Below are positions 11,900 through 22,610 of a DNA stretch of 35,008 bases, piece by piece. The stretch is taken from positions 78,171,926 through 78,206,933 of the forward strand of contig NC_068983.1 of assembly GCF_001194135.2 (NCBI RefSeq), in the 5' to 3' direction. The stretch is from Octopus bimaculoides (lineage: Eukaryota). The notes below the pieces were generated by a model, which saw only the letters and a program-made list of their open reading frames with translations, had not been told where the DNA came from and did not search any database. Position numbers and translations under genes: made by a program. The stretch's first letter is position 1. Each line of letters starts with the position of its first letter.

Positions 11900-12085
11900 T
11901 GTTGTTACCGATCAAGATCAGGTTCATCACTCTGACTGAAACCTTCTAACTTTGAGCAACTCCTTTTATTGTACAACTAGGACAACATAATCCAATGTAG
12001 CCATGATTTCTTCAAACAATAGAGTGTTATCTGAAGGAATTTGGTTGTTATTTCTAACAGACTGGGTGATAGCAATCCTAATGGT
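11900..12085 (-). mobile_element. Degenerate interspersed repeat, family G (SINE-like)
   Basis: Shares TAATCCAATG and TTGGxTGxTATTTCTA.CAG motifs with 13270-13500, 18105-18560, 25615-25815 and 27190-27440. Confidence 0.5.
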
Positions 12086-12341
12086 TTTTTGAACTCACAA
12101 AGTGGACAGCAAATGTCTTGGGAACTTTATGAGATCACAATGTATCTAGAGGAGGGGACAGAATTATTTTAGAAATAAAATAATTAAACCAGGTATAACT
12201 TTCAAATGTCTTTGTTGCTACTAAAATATGAATAAGACATTGAACAGAAACATAGTTGCTGATGTACAAAAATGCAAAACAATTTTATTAAACAAGTCCT
12301 TATCTTCTAAAGTAATTTTTGTAAAATTAGGGGCACCACTA

Positions 12342-12540
12342 ATCATCATCATCACCATCATCAATTAATGTCTGCTTTCCATGCTGGCATAGGTGGGACA
12401 ATTTTGACAGGAGTTGGCCAGGCAGAAGCCAGCCTGCACTAAACTTCTGTGTCTGTTTTTACAGGATTTTTACAACTGGATGCCCTTCCTAACACCAACC
12501 ACCCAGCAGAGTGGAATGAGTGCTTTTTACATGATACAAG
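12342..12540 (-). mobile_element. RTE 3' tail (family D), diverged
   Basis: (CAT)n, then TGCTTTCCATGCTGGCAT...CTGGATGCCCTTCCTAACACCAACCAC. Confidence 0.8.
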
Positions 12541-13269
12541 CAACAGAGAGAGGAGCATACTGGTAAGACTATTATAGAATAATAGGAATAATAAGAAAAA
12601 TGTAGACTGTACAAAAGTATCCTCAGTTGGATTTGGGGGGATTTTTGTATTCAAACTATGATAGCAACATTTGTTAAAATCCACTATGTGAAAGGGACCA
12701 CAGAGCTACAATAGGTTGAAAACAACTAATGGAGAAACCAACTCTACTAGATGAATAAATGACACCATGGAACAAGAAAAAAGAAAACCATAATCATTTT
12801 CAACAACATCCTTGTTATCATCATCATCATCATCATCAGTAATTCTCTGTTATGGAGTAAGGATTATTCTTGTCATTGTGAAGTCTAGTTTTAATCAAGT
12901 AGCTCTGTAGACTCAAATAATCAATCAGATAGTTAGGTGTGGTTCATAAATCTATTTTGCCACTAATAAGATTATGTGTATTGAACTTGCATCATTTGAT
13001 CACTACTTCTAGTCTAGCTGTAACTAGAGAGAAAGATATGTGTGAAATGACTGTTATATATATATGTATACATAGGATGCAGAGTGACACCATGAAGTCT
13101 CCCTTCTTTTTTCAAGAGGCAAGTGTTACTCAGCAAGAAATTTTAATCCTTGGACCCCCTTCTGTGGGATAGCAAAGATGATAAAGTAGACAGCCAGTAA
13201 ATTATTGTATCAATAGAGCTATACAAATTCATTTTCCTAATCATATAAGTGATTTTTGATCATGTTGGT

Positions 13270-13500
13270 TTTGTTTGAGACGCCACTTAACCCTGATAAA
13301 ATGGACCTGTGGGCAAAGACACTCCATCCATGACCAATTGCTTTATAGCTATCAAGGCCTAGATATCTCTATTTTCTTCTTTTTGTGAGACTCAAAGCAA
13401 ACAATATACCAGCTAATGTACATTTCCCTTATTTAATAAGAGAGATGTGTCAGTTATTTCTAGCAGATCGAGATACCACTTAAGAAGCCCTCTTGCTGCC
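13270..13500 (-). mobile_element. Family G repeat
   Basis: TTATTTCTAGCAGATCGAGATACCACTTAAGAAGCCCTCTTGCTGCC is the reverse complement of the family G head seen near 18200-18240. Confidence 0.5.
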
Positions 13501-14544
13501 TCATTTTCATCATTTCACACATTGGTCTTACTTTCAAATTAATTGCTTTCCTAGCTAGGAAGTTTTAGTAAAAATGACAGAAGCCATAGACTTGCCTTGT
13601 GGAAAAGTAGTTACAAAGAAAGAGAGTGAGATTGAATTTTGTTGAGTAGTTTTGTGATGCTGGGATAGATTGAAAAATGCATGAAAGAAAGAATCAAATA
13701 TAATTACATGTAGACATAAGGAGGTGGCAGTTATGGAAAGAAGTTGTGTGCTGTTAATCATGACAGAGAAAGAAGCATCACTTGATATAGTAGAGAAAGT
13801 AAGAAAGGTTTCAAGTCAATGTTTGTAATTGTGACAGTGATCAAAAAAAGCTCACTGGGGATATAAAGAATTCTGCTGACTGACCTCATCTTATGTGTGT
13901 TTGTTTTCTTTTATGCAAAAACATCATTAGGAAAAACGTTATCTTATAACTTATATGGTTATCTTAACATCCAAAGAGTTTTATTTAAAATGTAATTGAT
14001 GGATATAGTCAGAGTCGACCAGCATGTTTGTTGGAGTAGGCTTCTGGGGAAACAGAATGTATTGACTGTAATAAATGACATTGACACATGGACAGACAGA
14101 TAATGGAGAAGAATTTTTTATTAGCTAAGTTAAGCTTTATAAATAGAAATATGTGGCCATTAGATAATCTATGATAAAATCAGCTTTGAAGGAAATATAA
14201 ATCATTTTGTATAAATATAAAGTAACAATGATATGTTGCTATATTATTTTTCCTTCTTAAATACAAGGGCTTCTATACGAAATAAGTAAAGTACATAAGA
14301 TTGGTTAGAGGTAGAAAAAAAAATAAAGTCAAGTAGAATTGGCAGAAATCGTTTCCAAGCCTTAACAATCAGTTTCAGAATATGTAACAATGTTATTCAC
14401 AGTAAGGAGTAGAAAAGATATTTATGGGAAAGTTTATTAGAGTCAGACATGAAGTGGAAAAAGTATTAATAATGCTTTTTTCATTATCCACTTAGGGTTG
14501 ACTAAGATATTGGGGACAGAACAAGACAATCCAATGTGAGATTA

Positions 14545-15415
14545 CATCATCATCGTTTAATGTCCGCTTTCCATGCTAGCATGGGCTGGACGATTTGGCT
14601 GAGGACTTGTGAACTAGATGGCTACACCAGGCTCCAATCTGATCTGGCAGAGTTTCTACAGCTGGATGCCCTTCCTAACGCCAACCACTCCGAGAGTGTA
14701 GTGGGTGCTTTTACATGCCACCGGCACGAAGGCTGGTCAGGCGGTACTGACAACGGCCACACTCAAAATGGTGTATTTTACATGCCACCTGCACAGGAGA
14801 CAGTCCAGAGGCACTGGCAACGATCTTGCTCGAATGTCTTTACACATGCCACCGGCACGTGTGCCAGGAAGGCGACGCTGGGCACAGGTGCCGTCACGAT
14901 TTCGCTTTCGCTTGCTCCAACAGGTCTTCACAAGCCGAGTTTCATGTCCATTGGAGGAGACGACGTTGGAATTGGTGCCAGTTGTCGAATTTAGTTCGAT
15001 TTCGATTTCACTTGCCTCAGCAGGTCTTCACAAGTGGAGTTTAGTGTCCAATGAAGGAAGGTACGCATAAGTGGGCTGGCTACACCCCTGGCGGAGGCTT
15101 TGGATTTAGGTCTCACTTGGCTTGCCAGGTCTTCTCACGCACCGCGTATTTCCAAAGGTCTCAATCAGAAGTCATCGCCTCAGTGAGGCCCAATGTTCGA
15201 AGGTCGTGCCTCACCACCTCATCCCAGGTCTTCCTGGGCCTACCTCTTCCACAGGATCCCTCAACTGCTAAGGAGTGGCACTTTTTCACACAGCTATCCT
15301 CATCCATTCTCGCCACATGACCATACTAGCGCAATCGTCTCTCTTGTACACCACAACTGATGCTTCTTAGGTTCAACTTTTCTCTTAAGATACTTACACT
15401 CTGACTAGTATGCAC
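14545..15415 (-). mobile_element. 5'-truncated RTE-clade LINE (RT C-terminus plus 3' UTR)
   Basis: Minus-strand translation LREKLNLRSISCGVQERRLR*YGHVARMDEDSCVKKCHSLAVEGSCGRGRPRKTWDEVVRHDL (RTE-type WxGHVxRM...GRGRPxxTW), then about 560 nt UTR and (GAT)n tail. Confidence 0.92.
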
Positions 15416-15479
15416 AAAGAAAATTCAAACAAGAAATTATTCCTCAAAAGGAGTAGACCTCCAAAGGTTATTTGTGGAA

Positions 15480-15750
15480 ACCCACCATATCATAGTCACT
15501 TGGAAACTAAGGCATGTACCCTCTCCCAGTTGACCTCTTTCAATCTATAAGTGCATGGTCAGAGCAGACCCATTCACTATGACATGCTCGCCACTTCCAT
15601 CCATCTTTCAACAAATTTGGTTAGAAGTAGTACATTCCTCTCAATCCTCACTTTCCCTTTCAAGTGTAACTTCTAAATGGTGAAGAGGACTTGGCCAAAA
15701 AGCAAGGTGTCTGTCTTCAGCCCTTTTAATCTCATGCAGCTATATTGATA
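15480..15750 (-). mobile_element. L1/Tx1 ORF2 C-terminal remnant
   Basis: Minus-strand translation MRLKGLKTDTLLFGQVLFTI*KLHLKGKVRIERNVLLLTKFVERWMEVASM resembles the Tx1-type C-terminus (HLKxKVRxER...RW). Confidence 0.6.
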
Positions 15751-16039
15751 CTGACAACAAGCAGTAATAGATACAGTCGTATTTGAACTCCATCAAAGTT
15801 TGCTTGAATCGTGGGTCAATGATACAGTAAATAATTGAAAAGAAACTGAATTAATCTTTGACTAAAAACTTATGTGATGTTCACTAATTAGTTTTCAGTA
15901 ACAGTAATAAGTAGCTTTATTATTTTCCAACCTTAAAGAGAGTTGTGTTTGACTGAAGACTGCAAGTTCAAATAAAAATTTGCTATTAAATGTAATTTAC
16001 TAATTTGAATACGATATCAATAGTAATTTTATAACATAC

Positions 16040-16068
16040 CTGAGGCTGTTGCAACTTAGCAGGTTGTC
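16040..16068 (-). CDS. Candidate 29-nt coding microexon (GQPAKLQQPQ), unverified
   Basis: TATATAG|GACAACCTGCTAAGTTGCAACAGCCTCAG|GTATGT; phase 1 to 0, compatible with 17177-17225. Could be chance. Confidence 0.2.
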
Positions 16069-17176
16069 CTATATAATAGCTTTGTGTGAATAAATAATCA
16101 TCTCAGTGCACAGAAAGAGATAAGAAAGAGAGGGAGAGAGTTGAAAGAATTAGTGGGTGGTGCAAAAGTTGGCAGTCACTGTTCATGCTATGAGTGTTCA
16201 GGCTATTTTTATCATGGTCATCATCAGAATAATCCTGATTTATACTTTCTTCTTAGCTTTTCGTTCTTAGATTATACTTGATGGCTCTGCTCAGTAACCT
16301 CTATCTCACGATCTTTTATACTCATTTATAATGTGGAGCACAAAAAAACCTTTAGGTGAACTGGTGTATTAAATTCTTTCTTGTGTTGTCTACTCTAGTT
16401 TTCTTGTTCACAGTTTGTTATTAAGATTACAAGTGCAATTTAATTAACATGCTTCCTTGTATGAAGATTGCTTCAACCTTGGAGATACACCCAATTTTGA
16501 TTGAAGACTGCTAGCTCAACTATAAATTTAGAAACAAATATAAATATAAAAACAAGCTCTCAGCACTTTCACATACTTTATCAAGATGTTTTGATCATGG
16601 ATTAATGACATCAAGATTCTGATTATCACTTATAATATGCATTTTGTCTTTTACTTTTATAAAGTACAGACATGATTGGTTTAGAATAGATAACACGACT
16701 CTGGATTAGAACTGACTTGTGCAAACAGTAACCTTCATCTTCTAGGACACATGCTAAATTTTCTCAATATTCTTTATGAAAACATTACCAATTTCAGTAA
16801 ATATAGAAATTAGCATTTCTTGAGTCACTATATCCAGTATGTTATTGTTAACTTTGTTTTGTTTTGTATATAGCATGTATCATTTGTGTATTTGTTCTAG
16901 TTATTTTATTTAACTATTGTTTATTTATCCTATATACTTCATCACTATCTCTTAGTTGGAGATAACTAAATACAACTTTCAAAAAAAAAAAAAAAAATTA
17001 ACAGTATGTTTCATTACACAGATATGATGAAGTCAAAGTCTTGTAAGTGAATTTGATAAAGAAATTGAACAAAACCTATTGTACAGCCCTTTTATAAAAT
17101 CAAAAACAGTGCAGGACCCATGACTTTCAGAAACAAATTTTCATGATCAGAATTGTCAAAACATAGAATAGATTAC

Positions 17177-17225
17177 CTGCCTTGGTTGCTAGCTGCCAGA
17201 ACACTGCATCCTTCAAAAATTCCAT
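17177..17225 (-). CDS. Candidate first coding exon (MEFLKDAVFWQLATKA), unverified
   Basis: AAAACATGG start context, CAG|GTAATC donor, TATAAA at 17282-17277 and TTAGT at 17250-17246 upstream. No recognised homology. Confidence 0.2.
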
Positions 17226-17809
17226 GTTTTCCAAAATTCATTGACACTAATCTAGACATATCTTAGCAACCTTTCCTTTATAGCCCTTTCGCTGTTCACT
17301 TTTCTATCCTTATGCATTGATTCTAATGTACTATGTATGTACTTTTGCCTGTCATTGCTTGTTTTCTCCATTTGACTTATTGCTAACTGTTATCTCTTCT
17401 TTTACACTTCCCTGTGTGTTGTTGTGTGTTGTGCAACTAAGCGCTGTATGCAGTTATTCATTATTTTATAGGTATGTATGTATGTATGTGTATATGTATG
17501 TATGTATGCATGTATGTATGTATGTATGTATGTATGTGTGCATACAAATCTGACCCTTTTGATCAAGTATTGATAGTGAGGTCACTACCACCACCACCAG
17601 CCATATTGAAAATTAAAGCATGAAATAAAACATAGTATTTTTTTGGATTTTTTAGCATGGGGGTAATTTCTGGATTAATACTTCTAAGTATAAACAAACT
17701 GATGATACAGCTATACTTTACAGAGGCAATCATTATATAAAGAAGGAGCTTCTACATGATCAATCAACTTGCAAGAAACAACTGTCAAATCTTTCTCAAA
17801 TCAAACACA

Positions 17810-18075
17810 CATCATCATCATCATCATCGTTTAACGTCTGCTTTCCATGCTAGCATGGGTTGGACGATTTGACTGAAGACTGGTGAATCAGATGGCTACA
17901 CCAAGCCCCAATCTGATTTGGCAGAGTTTCTACAGCTTGATGCCCTTCCTAATGCCAACCACTCCGAGAGTGTAGTGGGTGCTTTTACGTACCACTAGCA
18001 TGAAGGCCAGTCAGGCGGTACTGGCAACGGCCATGCTCAAAATAGTGTATTTTATGTGGCACCTTCACAGGAGCC
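17810..18075 (-). mobile_element. RTE 3' tail (family D), young copy
   Basis: (CAT)n CGTTTAACGTCTGCTTTCCATGCTAGCATGGGTTGGACG...; about 13 substitutions in about 250 nt versus the 8350-8600 copy (manual count). Confidence 0.92.
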
Positions 18076-18104
18076 TACATTGTACAATTTAGTCCTTCAT
18101 AAAC

Positions 18105-18560
18105 AAAATCACTGGATGGTTACTGCTGGAATACCGTTGGTAATCTATATGCTCATTCAGGATTGACCTGGTACTAAACAAGACAGACAATCAGGATCTT
18201 ATAAAGAAGTGGCTGCTCAGCTGCTAGAAATTGCAGTCAAGCCTACCTCGGATTACACCTTATCATCTCTAAAAAAGAAAACAGATCCATTGAATAATAA
18301 TATAGTTATAAATGCATGATGAGGAGTAGAAAAATGCATTTTGGTACTCGTGACTGGAATATCTTTGATCAGAGGCTTATTCTATCAAGCTTGACATGGA
18401 ATTAACCTTGATTGAGCAAAGCTATGATGAAAGGCATTCCAACAGCTGTAATTAGCTCTTCTTTTATTCAGACATAATGTATCCAGGATTGCATTATCCA
18501 ATATGCCATTCTCCTGGCTAACATGGTTTCTCCTTGTAATAATAATGATTTGTAACAGGA
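18105..18560. mobile_element. Cluster of family G repeats, tandem and tail-to-tail inverted
   Basis: TGGAAT...TTT.ATCA...ATCAAG at about 18355-18390 and its reverse complement at about 18407-18443; another plus-strand tail at 18120-18180. Confidence 0.6.
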
Positions 18561-18699
18561 GCAAAAGATCATACTGAAATTTTATTTTGCGGGTAAAGAT
18601 TTTCATTGTTTAACCCACCTGCCTGAGACTGAACTTCCTATTTTAAACTGATCTAAATTAAAACCTTCCATTTATATTTCAAACATCAGTTTAATAATG

Positions 18700-18902
18700 C
18701 TTCCAAATTTTGGCACAAGACCAGCAATTTTGGAAGAGGGGTTAGTTGATTACATCAACCCTGGTGCTCAACTGGTACTTGTTTTATCAAAAGGATCAAT
18801 GGTAAAGTCAACCCAGGTGGAATTTGAACTTGAGAACATATAAATAGACAAAATGACACTAAGCAGTTTGCCAAGGATGCTAGCAATTCTGCCAGTCTGT
18901 GC
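18700..18902 (-). mobile_element. SINE family A with perfect 13-bp TSD
   Basis: Homologous to 8833-9041; flanked by CAGTTTAATAATG at 18687-18699 and 18903-18915. Confidence 0.88.
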
Positions 18903-19283
18903 CAGTTTAATAATGAAAATATTTTTTTACTAAATTCATCATTGTTGTTAAAATTAATTGAAACAGAGGCATTATATTTCAGCAGAAATGTGGTAACAAA
19001 AGTGTTAGATCAACCATAGATACTGAAAGGTAGTTATTTTATTGACTCCAGGATAGGTGAAAGTCAAAGTGACACTTATGTGGAATGATACCTAACTTTG
19101 GTAAAGCATCATCAATTTAGATGATGGTAGAAGCAATTAAACTCATTACGAAGTCACTTTGTAACCATGTGATATCAGGTTCAACTCTACTAGTAAGTGT
19201 CTTCTATTATAGTCTTGGACCAAAAGGCCAACCAATACCTTGTGAATGAATTTAGTAGATGAAAACTGTATGGAAGCCCTTTA

Positions 19284-19452
19284 GGTGCAGGAGTGGCTGC
19301 GTGGTAAGCAGCTTACTTACCAACCACATGGTTCCTGGTTCAATCCAGCTGCATAGCGCCTTGGGCATGTCTTCTACTATAGCTTCAGGCTGACCAAAGC
19401 CTTGTGAGTGGATTTGCTAGATGGAAACTGAAAGAAGCTCATCCCACATATA
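19284..19452 (+). mobile_element. SINE family B (a second degraded copy lies at about 19165-19280)
   Basis: GGTGCAGGAGTGGCTGCGTGGTAAG (A box), GGTTCAATCC (B box), CTTCTACTATAGC, GTGAGTGGATTTG, TA tail. Confidence 0.85.
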
Positions 19453-19457
19453 TATAT

Positions 19458-19712
19458 TTCATCTTGGGGAAGAGATGAAAGTCCACATGTACTGAATCTG
19501 GTGAATAGAGCAGGTACAGAAGCGATACCATGTTGTTTTTGGTGAGAAACTCATGAGGGAGGAGAGCTCAGTGACATGGTGCATTGGCGTCTTGAAGAAT
19601 CCAATTCTTTGTGCTCCACAAATCCAGTCACTTTTGCCAAATGTCTTCCCTCAAACACTTCAAAATGCCGCAGCAGGACTCTTGATAGACGGTCTTGCAC
19701 TGGGGGACCAAA
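19458..19712 (-). mobile_element. Mariner (DD34D) transposase fragment
   Basis: Translation VPQCKTVYQE..GILKCLREDIWQK*LDLWSTKNWILQDANAPCH*ALLPHEFLTKNNMVSLLYLLYSPDSVHVDFHLFPR contains HDNAPxH-like and YSPDLAPxD-like motifs with 34-residue spacing. Confidence 0.88.
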
Positions 19713-20217
19713 ATACTCGAGCCACAATAATTACAAGTAGAAACTTGAACTTGTATTCTGGATAGAATAACTGCAGATTTCTCAATAATTCAGCATAGAT
19801 ATTCTCTTTTGCACTACTTTTTAGCTTTGTGTTAACATCCACTGGGCAGCTAATTTCCACAACTGTGCACAGTTTCTCTTCTCTATCCCAAATCATTGTG
19901 CCATGTCTGTTGTGCTTACATTTTATTGAGGTCTTCAATGGGACATTCCACGATTATTCCGTTTTATTATGAGTGGCTATGACTTCTACTATACTGTGGG
20001 TTTTTATTCCTTTGTCCTCAGGGTTATCCTTCCGACGGATTTCATTATAGAGTGTCCTAGCTACAACATTATGTCTCATCAGTAGATAATACCATGATGA
20101 CAGTTTCAGATAACTGCAACTGCTTAGGATGTGGGGGACATCTGTGTTAACTCCATAAAGCCTGCATCGGTTGTCATATTGTACTGCTTTTACTGCATCT
20201 CTATCCCTATTGTCCAT
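19713..20217 (-). mobile_element. R4/Dong-like non-LTR retrotransposon C-terminal fragment (CCHC knuckle plus restriction-like endonuclease)
   Basis: CRLYG...DVPHILSSC...RHNVVA (decayed CCHC), followed by NRHGTMIWDREEKLCTVVEISCPVDVN...KENIYAELLRNLQ (decayed PD-(D/E)xK RLE); ORFs 19954-20217 and 19660-19938. Confidence 0.85.
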
Positions 20218-20639
20218 ATGTTTGTTTGTTTGTATGTATGTATGTATATATGTATGTATCTATGTATTTATATAAAGGCATTACTACAGAATAATGCCAC
20301 TCACTAGACTTCCCAAATAAACACATTTTATAACCGAATGCAAGGAAAAGCAACTCTTAAAAAAACCCAGCCTTTTTTGAAAAAATAAACTCAACTATAT
20401 ATCGAACGATTTCACGATTACCAGAATAAAATCTAACTTTCGCTCGTCAGTATAGTACGGTAGTAATGCCCTTATATAAACGAATAATTATATTCTTGGG
20501 AATAGAAAATTCCCTTATGAATTTTTTACACACTAGCTTCCTGATAAAATTTTTGTAAAAGATTTTTATCCCATTATTGAATTTATTAATTAAATATGTA
20601 TGTATGTATGTATGTATGAGTGTCTTTGAGTTTTGTCCT

Positions 20640-20825
20640 GCCATTACTTAACAACTAGTGTTGGTTTGTTTATATCCCCTATAACTTAGTGGTTCGTCAA
20701 TAGAAACCAAAAGGATAAGACTCAGACATAAAATAAGCACTAGTGTTGATTTATTTGACTATAACATTCAAGACAGCAGTCCTAGGATGACTGCAGCCAA
20801 ATGACTAAACCAAGTAAAAGAAAAA
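20640..20825 (-). mobile_element. SINE-like repeat, family C
   Basis: Minus strand begins TTTTCTTTTACTTGGTTTAGTCATTTGGCTGCAGTCATCC, matching the plus-strand head at about 9075-9125 (TTTTACTTGTTTCAGTCATTAG). Confidence 0.65.
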
Positions 20826-21837
20826 CAAATAAAAGATATAAATAGAACCATAATAATAACAACAACAACAAAAACAACAAACAAACACAATCAGATCAAC
20901 ACTGGTTTCTGGGTTCAATGAAAAAGAATAAAATTGTGGTCACATAAACTTTCCCTGATCAACATTAAAATAATGAACTCTGACGGATAGAGAACCATTG
21001 CAAAGCAAAAATTCACTAATATTAATAGCAATATATAATCAATTGTCCACAACCACACATAGAATGGGTGTCTTGTGTCTGTAGTAGAAATCAATGTGTA
21101 TGATAATCTAGAACGTTACAAATATTATTGAATGTATTATTTCATAGTAAAGATTTTTTTGCTGTTTTCTTTTCTTTTCTTTTTTATCTAACCCAAAATA
21201 TTATGTGTATATCTGAATATTTTGTTTCCAAAAAACCAGCTTTTATGTAAAATTGAAGAATTTTATCAATAAAATCTTAAATGAAATGGAATCTTGTATC
21301 TGCAGCCAAACTAATCCAATTTTCAAAGTAACATAACAATAAAGAAATGGAAATACTGATACTTTACAGCATCCCTTGTCAAAACATTAATTCCACCAAC
21401 ACTTACCAATATATAAGCATATAATACAAATAACATTATAGACATAGCTCATGTGTTTTCTAAGATACTTTAAACATTATGATCTAGAAAAACAACTCTC
21501 AGACAGACTTATTTATAGCATATAATTAATATTAAATAAGGATAATTAGATTCTATAAACAACTTTCAAAACAAGTTCATTGTTGATTCTTTAAGTTACC
21601 TTTATTAACTTTACAAATGTTCACTGAACAACCATATTTATTATTTGTAGATATATGTGTGTGTATGTATGTGTGTTTGTGTTTGTGTGTATACTTATAT
21701 AGACAGACAGACACACAAACATCCACACACACACACAGATACATATATATATATATATATGTATATGCATGTGTGTTTATATAAATATATATATATGTGC
21801 ATACACACAGACACACATACACAAATATATATTACAA

Positions 21838-21958
21838 AAGTGTGGCTATAAGAAGTTTGTTTTATGACCACTTGATTCCAGTTTCAGTCCCACTGCTGAC
21901 TAAAGCCTTGATAGTGAATTTGACAGACAGAAACTGAAAGAAGTCCATTATATATATA
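21838..21958 (+). mobile_element. SINE family B, internally deleted
   Basis: GTGTGGCTATAAGAAGTTTG...TTCAGTCCCACTG joined to CTAAAGCCTTG...GAAACTGAAAGAAGTCC. Confidence 0.7.
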
Positions 21959-22064
21959 GGTGTCTTTCATATCTGGAAACAAATTGTTGTGAAGTGAGCC
22001 ATACAGCTAGGTGATAATAAATTTTTATCAATGTGGTGACCCAGAATGGCCACAGTCTAATGAC

Positions 22065-22103
<39 letters not shown>

Positions 22104-22329
22104 TATTAATAAGGGTAGAAATTGATATTAATCAATTAAAACCAGTGGTCTAGCATATTAAAAGAATTAGAAGATTAAAATTATATTACATACAAAAATA
22201 AGAGGAATGACCAGCAAAAGTGGACTCCTATATGCTAGAAATAGATGCCGAATCATCTAACCACGAAAAATATGTTCTCAGTAAAAATTTAGCGACACAA
22301 CAGACTGTAAAAGGGCAAGACAAATGAAA

Positions 22330-22600
22330 AAATACTAAATAAAAAAAAAAACATTAACCTACGTACCATGGTTTCACCTGTTAAAATTTACATAAGTAAA
22401 TATCTGCAGGATCATCCACGTAGTCTGTCGATTTATAAAATATAGTTTCCAGAACTAGACACAAGACGTCCACCTGAAAGGGAGCACGTGTAGATTTCTA
22501 CAAATTACATTCAGTGTATCGTTTCAAATGTCTTCAATCTGGCGCGCTAAGTCCGGAAATAACTCTGCAGTTAATAAATTTTTGCAGACACACATATGCA
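22330..22600 (-). promoter_or_regulatory. Candidate CpG-enriched promoter / 5' exon region
   Basis: Local CpG excess; CCGGAAAT (ETS-like, about 22552), CACGTG (about 22485), GACGTC (about 22466); minus strand TTTTAACAG|GTGAAACCATG|GTACGT (22377-22367). Inference only. Confidence 0.25.
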
Positions 22601-22610
22601 CATACACACA

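Noticed and set aside
15760-15850. Minus-strand IIYCIIDPRFKQ (hAT LDPRFK-like or GPCR TM7-like)
   Set aside because: Short and isolated; compatible with chance.
18385-18606. ORF / in-frame TGA segment (..WIHYV*IKEELITAVGMPFII..) suggesting a selenoprotein exon
   Set aside because: The sequence is the reverse complement of a family G repeat.
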